In this document: positions 53,400-64,000 of the stretch, piece after piece
Layout of the letters: each line of letters opens with the position of its first letter
Position numbering within the stretch: the stretch's first letter is position 1
Source: Vicugna vicugna
Taxonomy: Eukaryota
Direction of reading: 5' to 3'
DNA length: 64,000 nt
Assembly (NCBI GenBank): GCA_013265495.1
Contig: MU058781.1
Location: 4,651,050 to 4,715,049 of the forward strand
Made by a program: the position numbers and the translations under genes
The notes under the pieces: model-generated
Seen by the model: only the letters and a program-made list of their open reading frames with translations
The model's database searches: none
What the model was told of the DNA's origin: nothing

Positions 53400-53953
53400 A
53401 CTGACCAACAAAATAGCTTCCCTGATGTGAAAGCTGTTTGCTGATTCATTCTGACTTAAAATTCTTGCAACTTGTTTTTCTCCTTCCTCTGACAAACCAC
53501 CATCACTGCTTCACTTGCTCAACTGCTTTTGTGCTAAACAGCCCCCAACCTTTCCATTACGCTCTCCACTCCCTATACATTCTTGACCCAGAATAGCTTA
53601 TCCTTTAACCCAGAAGCTGTATTCCAGAAAGGTGGCCACGGGCTAATAGACTCAAAAGAATCAACAGACCTTCCCAAGTTTCTCCATGACACCAGGTGGA
53701 TTCATCAAGATTGAGAAGAATACAGCGCCCCAGAAAACGCCCTGATTGGTGTTGCCTTTCTGTTCCATCCAGTTTTTCTATAAAACCTCAGGGCACCAGC
53801 TCCAGGATGGATTCTCAGTCTCTGGGGCATTAGCCTGTGTGACGCCCCTTTGCCTGGCAAAGCAATAACGCTGCTCTTTTCTGATTCTCTCAAAACTCTG
53901 CCTTTGAGACGCAATTTGGCTACCAGGGTACAGAGGCTGGTTTTTCAGCAACA
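53400..53953 (+). mobile_element. ERV1-class LTR (left boundary uncertain)
   Basis: TATAAAA near 53778, then GGCAAAGCAATAACGCT (degenerate polyA signal), then a U5-like end TTTTCAGCAACA. Confidence 0.55.
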
Positions 53954-54905
53954 AGAGGACAGAGCCGGACAGAACCCTCTCTGGGTAGTGCAGGGAAGAG
54001 CCACGAGAGAGGAGAGTGGACCTTACAGGCAGCCTGCTCACTCTCCTTCACAGCCCGATGATCCTCAAATAGGATCCACGGTCGGCGACACGGCACTGTC
54101 TCACAACACCTTTCCCAGAGCACCTCCCACAACGTGTCAAAACAAATGACATTCCACATTCCTGCTTGTAAATATTTCTCCCCAGCAATAAATGAAAGCT
54201 GCGACTCTACAGATCGCTCACAGCTTAGCATTCTTTATGAGGTGCATAAATAAGACCTCCAGCGCGATCGGAGAGCTGCTCTCCCCGCAGTCTCGTTTTT
54301 ATACCATGGGCGAGCGCACATTTCCATAATTCAATTCAACAAATACTGATTGAATATACAGAGTATTATATAAATATGTAGCAATACAGATGAGAGCTAA
54401 ATGAAGAGAAGCTGGTCAGAGTCAGGCAGTGAGTGGGAGCCCTGGCGGCGGCCCCCCTCCATTCCTGCAGTGGGACTGTGCTGTCTGACTTCGGGGAACA
54501 GATGCCAGCGGAGGGCCGAGGCATTACTCACCTGGCACTCCCCTGTGCCCGTCCCCGCTCCCACAGTGCGGTGGGTAAATAAAATCTGTGCTTGTACATT
54601 AAGTCAACATGCCTTTCACATCACTGAAAATACTTATACGATGCAGGAATTGCATCTTTAGTTCCAAACACATTTGTTAGGAAAGTCTCTTAAAGAGATG
54701 GGGGGAAACCAGAGGGGAAAAGGTTAGCATTTTTGACAAAGGAGGAAAAGGATCTGAGTCGCATCTGTTATTTGAATACTTAGGCTGAAGAGGTGACTTT
54801 CTGGATATTAGCAAACACCTTTCTAAATGAGTTTTGCAGAGAAAAAGATACCCTGTAAATGTATTTGTTTCTGAATCTACACTGAAGCAAGAATTAAAAC
54901 AGCTC

Positions 54906-55376
54906 TATATAAGCCTGCTCAAGCTGCCATGACACAATGCCACAGACTGCCTGGCTTAAGTAATAGGAATTTATTTTCTTCACAGTTCTGGAGCCTAGAA
55001 GTCCAAAATCCAGGTGTGGGCAGAGTTAGTTTCTTTTTTTTTTTTTTTTTTTTTTTGGCGGGGTTTTTTTTTTGTTTTATTTTTTTTTTTTTTTTTTTTT
55101 TTCAGAGTTAGTTTCTGGTATGAACTCTTTCTGGTTTGCAGACGGCCCCCTCCTCACCATGTCCTCGCACAGTGTTCACTCTATGTGCTCACAAAGAGAG
55201 CGATGTCTGGTCTCTCCTCCTCATCTGATAAGGACACCAGTCCTATTGGACCAGTGCCCCTTCCTTGTGACCTCATTTAACCTCAATTACTTCCTTAAAG
55301 GCCCTATCTCCAAATACAGTCACACTGATCATCAGAGCTTCAACACACAAATTCGGACACAATTCAGTCCCTAACA
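54906..55376 (-). mobile_element. MaLR LTR (MLT1A-like) with a T-rich insertion
   Basis: Same motifs as 35802-36176. Confidence 0.85.
55035..55102 (-). mobile_element. Tail-only retroinsertion
   Basis: T-rich insert between perfect 14-bp direct repeats CAGAGTTAGTTTCT (55021-55034 and 55103-55116). Confidence 0.8.
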
Positions 55377-56042
55377 TGATCCTAAGCGTTTTCAACTAAA
55401 AACATTGATTATTTCAAATATCTTCTGAAACTAAAATCTACAGATAAAGTTTTACAAGTACTAAAGGTGAGAGTGACAAGCACAGAACGAACTCAATCCA
55501 TGTGCTGTTGCTCTGATTGTAGGCTGGTGGTGCTGATGCTGGTTTTGCTTTGCTTGCTTTCTTCCCCCCATTACTTCACATTCTCTTAACTTCTCAGCAT
55601 CCAAAGTTCATCCATGCTAGGCTATGAGCTCTCTGAGAACAGAAGACACTTCTTTTCAACTTCCTACAGAGTCTGGCACATATCAGGGGCTCAATGAATG
55701 CTTGTTGCAATACTGCATGGCTCCTTCTCTTGTAAACGTGGGGCTGGAAGGAGAATGCTCATAAGGGCTGGAGCAGGTGGAGGCAGGCTGAGATGGACCC
55801 CCTCTTGATCTCCCCCCATCTCTGGAAGCTGAGGAAGAGAACCCTCTAAAATGTGTGGCCTCCATTTCCTAAGGAGAGAAGATGTGATACCCTAGGTCGA
55901 TTCTCTAAGCAACACAGGCTCAAAGAATGTTGACGCATCAGTTGGGATGAAGTACAACCCAGCTACCCTTGGGTTCCCCCCGGCCACACACCCAAAAGTT
56001 GCCAGGGCCCAGGTTAGGGGAGAAGGCAACTACATCAGAGCA

Positions 56043-56115
56043 TAGAGCATGTGCTTAGCATGCACGAGGTCCTGGGTTCAATCCCCAGCGCCTCCATTTA
56101 AAAAAAAGAAAGAAA
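56043..56115 (+). mobile_element. 5'-truncated Vic-1-type SINE
   Basis: TAGAGCATGTGCTTAGCATGCACGAGGTCCTGGGTTCAATCCCCAG followed by an A tail. Confidence 0.85.
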
Positions 56116-59100
56116 CGACTGGCAAGCATGACTGAGTACCTGCTCTGCAGTCACCCCATGAATACTTATTGAGGACATAGTTTGTGCCAGCCACTGTTTG
56201 GCACTGCAGACACAAAAGATGAGTAAGACACTCTTGTCCGCGAGGAACAAGTATGGGGGTATCCGGAGACCTGACGATGCTGCTCTGCCGTGCCAGGCTT
56301 CCTCTAATCCCCCACTAAGCATCACGTCATAGCTGGTGGTTCCCCAGCATCTGCAAGTAAAGACCTATCCTGCGTGCATTCCCCTGAGCCAAACAAGTAG
56401 TTTTTCTTTTAAGTTTCCCTTGAATTGCCTGGACTAAGAGGCACAGGACTGGGCTGTTCTGGCACTGAGCCAGAGGAAGGACTAACTGGATATCCAACTC
56501 AGAGGGATAATTTAGCACTCCTGGGGTCATAAGGCTGAAGGTGACAAACTATGAGGTTAGGATGAATGCCCAGGGAGAAGGGGCTGCCCCCAGTGAGAGG
56601 CCATCAGGCAGCTGACAGGGAGCACAGAGGGAGGATTAGTTACTCAAATGACAGCTCAGCTCGGTGACCTGGCCTCCCGCCAGGGCCAACCTCTCTGGTG
56701 GCTAAGCCACCCAAGACGTACCCCTCCAAGCACAGTATCACCACCACCCTGTACGTGAGATTAGGCTGGGCAGGACATCGTGAAGACCTCCTTGCTTACT
56801 CCATCACTAAACTGGCCCAAGGAAAAGTGATTATGAGCTTGGTCTTGCCTTGGAAGTCACACGGGAAAGGCAGAAACACACAGACACTCCCATGGAGCCA
56901 GCAGATTCTACCAGCAACCCCCACGTGGGAGACAAGCCTTAAGCAAAGAGTTGCAGCAGAGAGGGGCAAGGATCAGGCTGAATGAAATGCAGTTCTCAGC
57001 ACTGGATTGTTTCTGCCCTACGAAAACAGAAATTTCATATGGTCCAACCTAATGTCATCATAGCTAACTCTCACAGGCACCTCCACCGTGCCAGGCAAGG
57101 CTCTAAGCTCTTTACACACAAACTCGTTTCATCCTCACAGCAACCCCGGGAGGTAGGTACTGTGGGTATCTCCACGTCATGGAGAGGGCTGAAGAAGAGG
57201 TTGCTAGGAAGGGCCAGGGATTCAAATGCAGGCAGCCCAACCCCAGAATCTGCACAGGATGAGGGAGATGTTCAGAAAAGCCTTCCAGAAGGTAGTCAAC
57301 CCAAGAAGCCTGTGCCCTCTGACACCCCGCAGAGCAACAAAAGACCTTCATCTTGTTTTAAAAGGGGTGAGTTTGCCCGGCCAGGAGTTGTCCCGGGGGG
57401 TTCAAGTCATACACCCAGACTCACTAAGATATTCACTTAGTAAACATCTGTTGCACTAATGCCTGAGCGAGGAGAAAAAGAATGAATGAACAAACACAGA
57501 GCGCGAGCTTGTTCGTTGACACAGAGAAAGAACAGCCCCAAAGCGCCCAGGACACTCGGGTGTGTGGAGATGGGCGGGCAAATGCTTACGAATGCACGGC
57601 CTGGAGTCATTTCACAAAAGCTGCGTGTGGAAACTATTATCGCCTTCATTTTACAGACGAGGAAGTGAGTTGGGAGAGTTGACGGAAGCCACCTGCCCCT
57701 AGTTCTGACCATACTCCTCTCACCCCTGCTTCTGCCTTCCAAGTCGCTCAGCACTTGCTCCTCCCAGAAGAAAAATTAACTTGGGCAATTCAGTTAGGAT
57801 GGTTCCACTGCAGGAGGGTGCACCGCTTAAGAGGAGTGGGGAGGACTTCAGGAACAGCTTCTGGCCGTAGTAGCCTGGTGCACCTTTCTCCACGACGCAG
57901 CAGCACACCCACCCAGCAGAAGAGCACACTTAGGTTGGCGGTCAGGGCCTCTGCACCCTGGGTCACCAGCGGAGAAACTAGACTTTGTCATTCCCTCACT
58001 TGGGCAGCTTTTTCAATATTCCTTATCAGCCGCCAAAAGCTACCGCCATTACAACATTGCCTCGTGATGGGCATATTACAATTTCCTAGATTACGTCTTA
58101 TCCGACATTAGTTACATTTTAGGGCTGTTGCTTCCTGGCACTTTAATTTTGTAAGTAGGCTATCTCCAAATCACAGAGGAGGATGAGTTACAGGGACGTT
58201 ACCATCCTCTAAGGTGCATTTCCAGGAGCGAACATTTTCTTCCCTGGGCCTGGACTCCGCGGTGTTCGATCAACTGGTTGTATAGCTTCCCGTCCGTTAA
58301 CTGTAGTAGGTGATGCGATGTTCTTTGCCTCGATTGCTGTGTTTTCTGTTTTTGGTGTTTGGCCTGAGAGGAACTACAGGCAGAGTCTGACTCTGTAAAG
58401 TTGTCATCGTCAGAGCAAAGGCTCCTTTTGTCAGAGATGGGTCATCGAGCTGCTAAGGAATTTTTCTTTCTTCTTATTGTTCTTAATTTTAATTATGGGG
58501 ATTAGATATCACACAAAGAGATACCAAAAATACAACTCTACACGGCATTACCATATAATCATCAAAGGGTGACAAGCACAAAGGGAAAAGAACGTGTTCT
58601 TACAACATGCAATGACTTACCTACATTTTCGTTCCTACCACTGCTGAGTCAAACAACAACAGAACTTCAAACAGAGCACATGAGGGGTGGGTAAGGCATT
58701 TAAAACGCTGTCTATTCGACTTCCCTTCACTGGCAGGATTCAGGAGTGGAAGACGGGATGGAGATAGGTCTTAACTCAGTTCCCCAGGAAATCCTCCCCC
58801 TAGTACAGAGCATGGTAAGTCATAAAGGATAAAGAACAAAGCTAAGGAACGGGCAAGTTGAGATTACTGGCAATGATGAGTCTAAAAGCATAATTGCGTT
58901 AAACTTCTTCACAGGGCAAACAACTCTTCTCCCCGGGGGAGAACTTTCTGTAGGACGATAGTTCCAGCCCTCTGGCCTTCACTCCCACCGCACCTCCTCC
59001 ACCAGCCCCAGATGTAAGCTGTTCTACAGCTGGCTGCCCAGAAGTCGCTGTCCTGTCCTTCACGTGTAACGAAGACTCGTCATTTCATGCGCGTTGGGAA

Positions 59101-59425
59101 AACTAGAAGCCTTCGATGGATGTTTTACTGGATGGATTTGCAAATCCATTGCTTTAGCAATCCGTCTTTCAATACACATCCTGTGTGTTAGCTATTGGGA
59201 ATAAAGTAACGATGTCCAGAAAGTATCTATGATTTAACGTCCTCAAGTTTTTGTGGCTGAATTTGGATGAAGGGGTTAAATGCTAAAATTTACAAATCAT
59301 AGCTAAAAAAAATAAGAAGACTGGATTCAAAACAAATCAGATCCTCCAAACATACAAAATCTAATGCAGGAAAGTTGAGAGGAGGGTGAGTGGGGTATGC
59401 TCATGGCCGGAGCAGGGCACCGAGG

Positions 59426-59970
59426 AGCCGGCTCACTGTGGGAGACCATCAGTTTGAGGTGGCTGGGCCCCCAGGTTATGTGTTATTTCCACTCAGCATC
59501 CATTCTCACCTCCTTCCATCTCCCCCACAGGTCACGGGCTGGAAGACTAAAAGCTCACATCTCTCAGCCTCCCTTGTCAATAGGATTCTGGATGTGATTT
59601 AGGCTCTGCCCACGAGATGCCCTCGTGTGATGCTGGAAAGGTGGAAGGGAGGCAGAGGCCCTCTTCTTGGATGGGGCAGTGGATAAGTGAGCTCAGCAGA
59701 TGTGGGTGTTTCCCATGAGTTCCACCATCCGGTCACCAGCTTGCCAGGTGTGACATGGTGGTGCAGTGGCAACAAAGGTAGCAATTCCTTCCAACTGAAT
59801 TCCAATGATGATCCAAGTATGATTGCAAATCCAAAAGCTGAGTGGTGCCCAGACCTCGGCTCCTTCACATCTTCACAGTTTTCTATGTACCCAACTCCTT
59901 GCATCAAATCCACTTCTGCTAGAAATCTCTAGAATGTCCTCTGTCTCCTACATCAAACTCTGATTAATAT
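59426..59970 (+). mobile_element. Old ERVL-class LTR (LTR33-like)
   Basis: CTCAGCCTCCCTTG...GATGTGATTTAGGCTCTGCC...AAATCCACTTCTGCTAGAAAT. Family assigned from recall. Confidence 0.45.
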
Positions 59971-60089
59971 GTGTTTCCTCTAGTGCCAAAACAGCCAGAG
60001 ATTATGAGGCTGAATAGTTGGACTGATCTCAGATTAGTATGCTGCAGGGCCAGCTGAACGGAAGGGAAGAGGGGAAAAAGTGATTTGGA

Positions 60090-60920
60090 TAGCATTTCCC
60101 AAACTATGCCGTGAATAGCTTTGGTGATTTAAGCGGCACAAGGACACGGCATTAAATAACATTGGAACATGTAATGAAAGAGTTATTCCCTTTTCAATTC
60201 TCTTTTAATCATTTAGAGAGAATTCTTAGGTTGGGACTTGATTTCTTTAACACCTCTCTAATACTGACTAATCCCCTTTATTTGCGAAGAGAATAGGCAC
60301 AGAGCCTTTGATCAGGCAACAATCCTTAGCTGGAACAGAAAGACTCTGTTTTGTTTTCAATGTATTTATTTCCAGTTATCACCCCAGTATGGTAAGCAAT
60401 AGAGGTTTTCCATTTATGTTATTGAGAGACGTGTCTTTTTTACTTGTTACTTTTTATTTCGAAGTCTTTCAACTATTAAAAAAAAAATGGAATAACACAG
60501 TGAGCATCCACGTCCCCACGGCAGGGATTCTACCACTGTTTACATTTTCCTTCATCTGTAGTGTCTTTTTTGTTCAACAACGTAAAAGTAGATTACAGAC
60601 ATTGAGGCACTTAACCCCTAAAATTCTTCAATTCCAGAAAACAAGACTATTCCTCTACAAAACCATACCTATAATCACACAAAACAAAATTAATAATTCC
60701 TCAAGCTAACTAGCCCATGTTCAATTAGGAGGGTTGTTGTGGCTTTTTGTTTTTTTGGAAAATAAATTCACTTTTAAAATGTGGAATGATTTAAAGAAAA
60801 CATAGACAAATAAGAGTAAATAATGCTATAGACGTTACGTGGCGATGGAGGAAAGTGTGATGCTGGGGGTAGCAACAGTAAATCATAGTACAGGACGTAT
60901 GTGGATCTGGGGAAACATGT
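60090..60920. mobile_element. hAT-Charlie relic with an old L1 3' fragment nested at about 60445-60730
   Basis: GGCATTAAATAACATTG...GTTATTCCCTTTTCAATTCTC...TTTAACACCTCTCTAA. The nested part resembles 20060-20490. Confidence 0.5.
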
Positions 60921-62764
60921 GGTGATGGTGGGTTTATAAAACTTCAGCCTGAACACTAATCCCTGAGAAATGGTACAAATGATGAAACATGAGATCCAGG
61001 CTGTGTAGGAAAGGGAAACTGAACAAGAAAGCTGACCACAGGTTGGGAGAAGAGGAAGCGGGCAGAGAAATACAAGTCACTCCTCATCGAAGAATACGTG
61101 TGTTAGGAAGAAAAGAAAAAGCCAAGTGGAGTCATAGTGTCCACCCCTGGGAGCCGTAGACAAGAGGCAACTTGTACGCTGTCGCTGGAGGACATGACCC
61201 TACAAGCTCTAGAATCAGCCTGCCTGGTTTGAATCCGGATTACGCCACTATGAGCTGTTGAACCTTGGTCTGATTACTTAAGGTCTTCACCTCAGTTGAC
61301 TCATGTATAAAATGGGAGGGAAACACGGTTCCCACCTTACAGTCCGCTGAAAGGATCAAATGAATCAATCAACCATAAGCCCTCAATTACACGCGAGTGC
61401 CAAACATGACTCAGAAAATTCAGTGGTATAAAATGCGGGTTCCTGTTCCGGCAAAGACAATGAAAAACGGTGTTTCCAGTGGGTATGTGTGGTCACGAAA
61501 AGCACAAAGCTAAAGCGAATAAAACCTGTACAGTACACAACTGAGCAGAAATGGTACTGGGGCAGGGGGAGGGGAGGAGCAGGGAGAGGAAGTGGCCCAA
61601 GGGTGGGCAATCAGAAGTGGAAGGAAGGTGGGGAATTTTAATTTCAAAGTCGGTGGGAAGTGGGAAAGGGAGGGGCCGGGAAAAAGGTTAACTCCAGCAC
61701 CTTGGAGTATAAAAATTTCTCCCCAGCAGAATAAAATTCTACTCAGCTTCCATGGGACACTGGGGGCAGGCAGAGAACAGGAGATAATTACCAGCAGCCA
61801 GCTGTGTTTTATGGGATATTGATTTATCACTTGGTTTTACTATATATGTCAAGTGCTGAGAACAGACCCTGGCACATAAGAAGCACTCGATAAACGTTCA
61901 CCATCATTATTATCCCCTCCCTCTTCTCCATTCCCACTACCTCACCCTATTTCAGGTCCACTTGGCTGGTTTATATTCGCTCTTCCTAACTAGTCTCCTG
62001 TCTGGACAGGGAATGCAAAGAACTGACCAGGATTCCCCACACTGCTGAGTTTCCAAGGGTCTGCCACATCCCAGCCACTTCCTAGAGTTTCTTCATACAA
62101 CTCAGTATGCTCGATACCGTGGTACCCTGCAGTGCTGGCCACAGCTGGTTGGACCACGTGGGCATCTGATTCAAAGGCAACTGTTTAGCAGCCAGTAGTG
62201 TGGTCAGCAGCCAGCGACGTGAGCTGCACGACAGGGGTCTCTATGCTAGCCTGTGATTGACTGGTCCAAACACATCCTTCCATCTAGAAAACTGAACATG
62301 AAATGTAGAGAGGACCAGTGGGCACAAAGGAAACAGATACAAACAACACAGAGACAAGGCAGTGAGCAGAACCGCTGAGGCAGGAGAAGCCACGAGCAAG
62401 CAGAGTACTTACTACTCATCTCTGGTCCCTACTGAACCTTGAATTGGGAATTTTAACACCTTGGTCTTAGTACTCCTCTCTGGTCCAACTCCCAGCATTA
62501 TTGTGGGCAACGTCAAGGTCCATGTGGACGGATACCCAAGGGCTTCAGGTCTTAGAGTTTTCCAAATCCAGTGACTTTCTCTTTAAGTCCCTTCCTTCCT
62601 CCAGCAGAGCCTTAATACTTCCTACATCTAGGAATCCCAGAATCCCAGAATTCTAAAGCTGAAATAGACCTTATAAGAGGTCACCCCTCTCAAAAAACAC
62701 TTAACTGGCTTCCTTCTGTTAGGATCTTTCAGACTGAATGACCATCAAAAGCCATGTAAGTATA

Positions 62765-63210
62765 TACTTGTGCAGCCAGCAGTCCCACCTCTAGCCATCT
62801 ATCCCACGGGAAAGAGTCGGACAAGCACACAAAAATGATATGACAGGATATTCATGGCAGCGTGCTTCAAAATAGCAAAAGTTTGAAAACCACTTATATG
62901 TGTAACAATAAGAGACTGGTTATGTAATTGTTTCTACAGCCATTCAGTGGGACTCCGGTGACGGAAAAGTGGAATAAGGATTATAAACCTTTTAACATAG
63001 AAACATGTTCTCCAATTATCACTGGGTCACAAAATGGGGTGTTACGTTCTGATTTCACTTATTGGAAAATGTATCTTAGATATGTTTACATCAACAGAAA
63101 AAAACATGAAAGGAGTTTATAAAACTTCTAAGCGGCAGGGATGTAAGTGACAACTTTGCTTCTCCTTTGTTTCCTAAATTTCTTCGCTGAAGATACGTTT
63201 CTTACAAAAT
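62765..63210 (+). mobile_element. Very old L1 (L1ME-like) 3' fragment
   Basis: CCAGCAGTCCCACCTCTAG...GGATATTCATGGCAGC...AATAGCAAAA. Confidence 0.55.
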
Positions 63211-63426
63211 AAAAATCCTACCTAAGGCCCAGATCAGGTGACATCCCTCCTATAAACTCTGCTGAGAGACATCCGTCCACAAATGTCACGCGGGTGCGTC
63301 TACATCTGTCTCCACACGAAGCACACGCTCACACTCGCGTCGCCGTGCTCTTGCTGTGTGACCGACGAGAGCCTGGAGAGCACAGCTGCCTTTCCCTCTC
63401 CAGCGCCAGACGCGTGTCTCACACAT

Positions 63427-63860
63427 CGTGGTGGGTTCTACGTCTCTGCTCCAGAATCTGCGCATGCCACCTTATTTGGGAAAACAGTCTTTGCACACGT
63501 GGTTAAGGATATTGATAAGAGATCGTCCTGGTTTATCTGGGTGGGCCCTCAATCCAACAGCAAATGTCCTTATGAGAGACAGGAGAGAAGACAACCCAGG
63601 CACAAAGGAAAAGGCCACGTGAAGATGGAGACAGACCCTGGACATAGGAAGCCACTGCCCAGGGACTCCCAGAGCCGCCACCAGGAGCCCCAGAGGAGGC
63701 AAGGAAGGATCTCCCCAGAGACTTGGGAGGGAGCAGGGCCCCACCAACACTTTGATTTTGGACTTTTGCCCCCCCCCAGAACTGTGAGAATATAGTTCTA
63801 TTATTCTAAGCCACCAAGTGTTTGGGAACGTGTCACAGCACACAGAGGAAGCAAAAACAC
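63427..63860 (+). mobile_element. MaLR LTR (MLT1C/D-like)
   Basis: ACCTTATTTGGGAAAACAGTCTTTGCA...GGCCACGTGAAGATGGAG...CCAGAACTGTGAGAATA. Confidence 0.8.
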
Positions 63861-64000
63861 ACAGTAGGCATTTTGTCAATATCTGTGGCAGGAAAACAGA
63901 ATTATTTGAAGGGCTATGTCCTCGGTTCTAACAGCTTTGATTCAGAAAGAAAGAATATCTCATTAAAATACTTTTCTAAACCCTAGTTTCTTATGGTCAA

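Overview
Mammalian non-coding DNA (intergenic or deep intronic). It is almost certainly camelid (camel/alpaca/llama), because it carries about ten copies of the tRNA-Ala-derived Vic-1-type SINE and camelid-type L1 3' ends. I can support no protein-coding exon, real tRNA/rRNA gene or CRISPR-like array. The ORF track is chance ORFs plus decayed L1 ORF2 fragments (47.8-49.9 kb). Much of the window is layered transposon debris: MIR, hAT-Charlie relics, MaLR (MLT1) LTRs, L1 fragments, at least nine ERV1-class LTRs and young SINEs, many with readable target-site duplications (TSDs). Repeat family names come from my recall of consensus sequences, not from a search. I found no new biological system. 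The best signals are small mutational scars seen directly in the sequence: an 87-bp locally templated insertion inside an L1 3'UTR, a perfect 15-bp-stem hairpin, a triplicated target site around tandem SINEs, a tail-only retroinsertion and a dense ERV1 LTR cluster. There are also a few motif-dense enhancer candidates.
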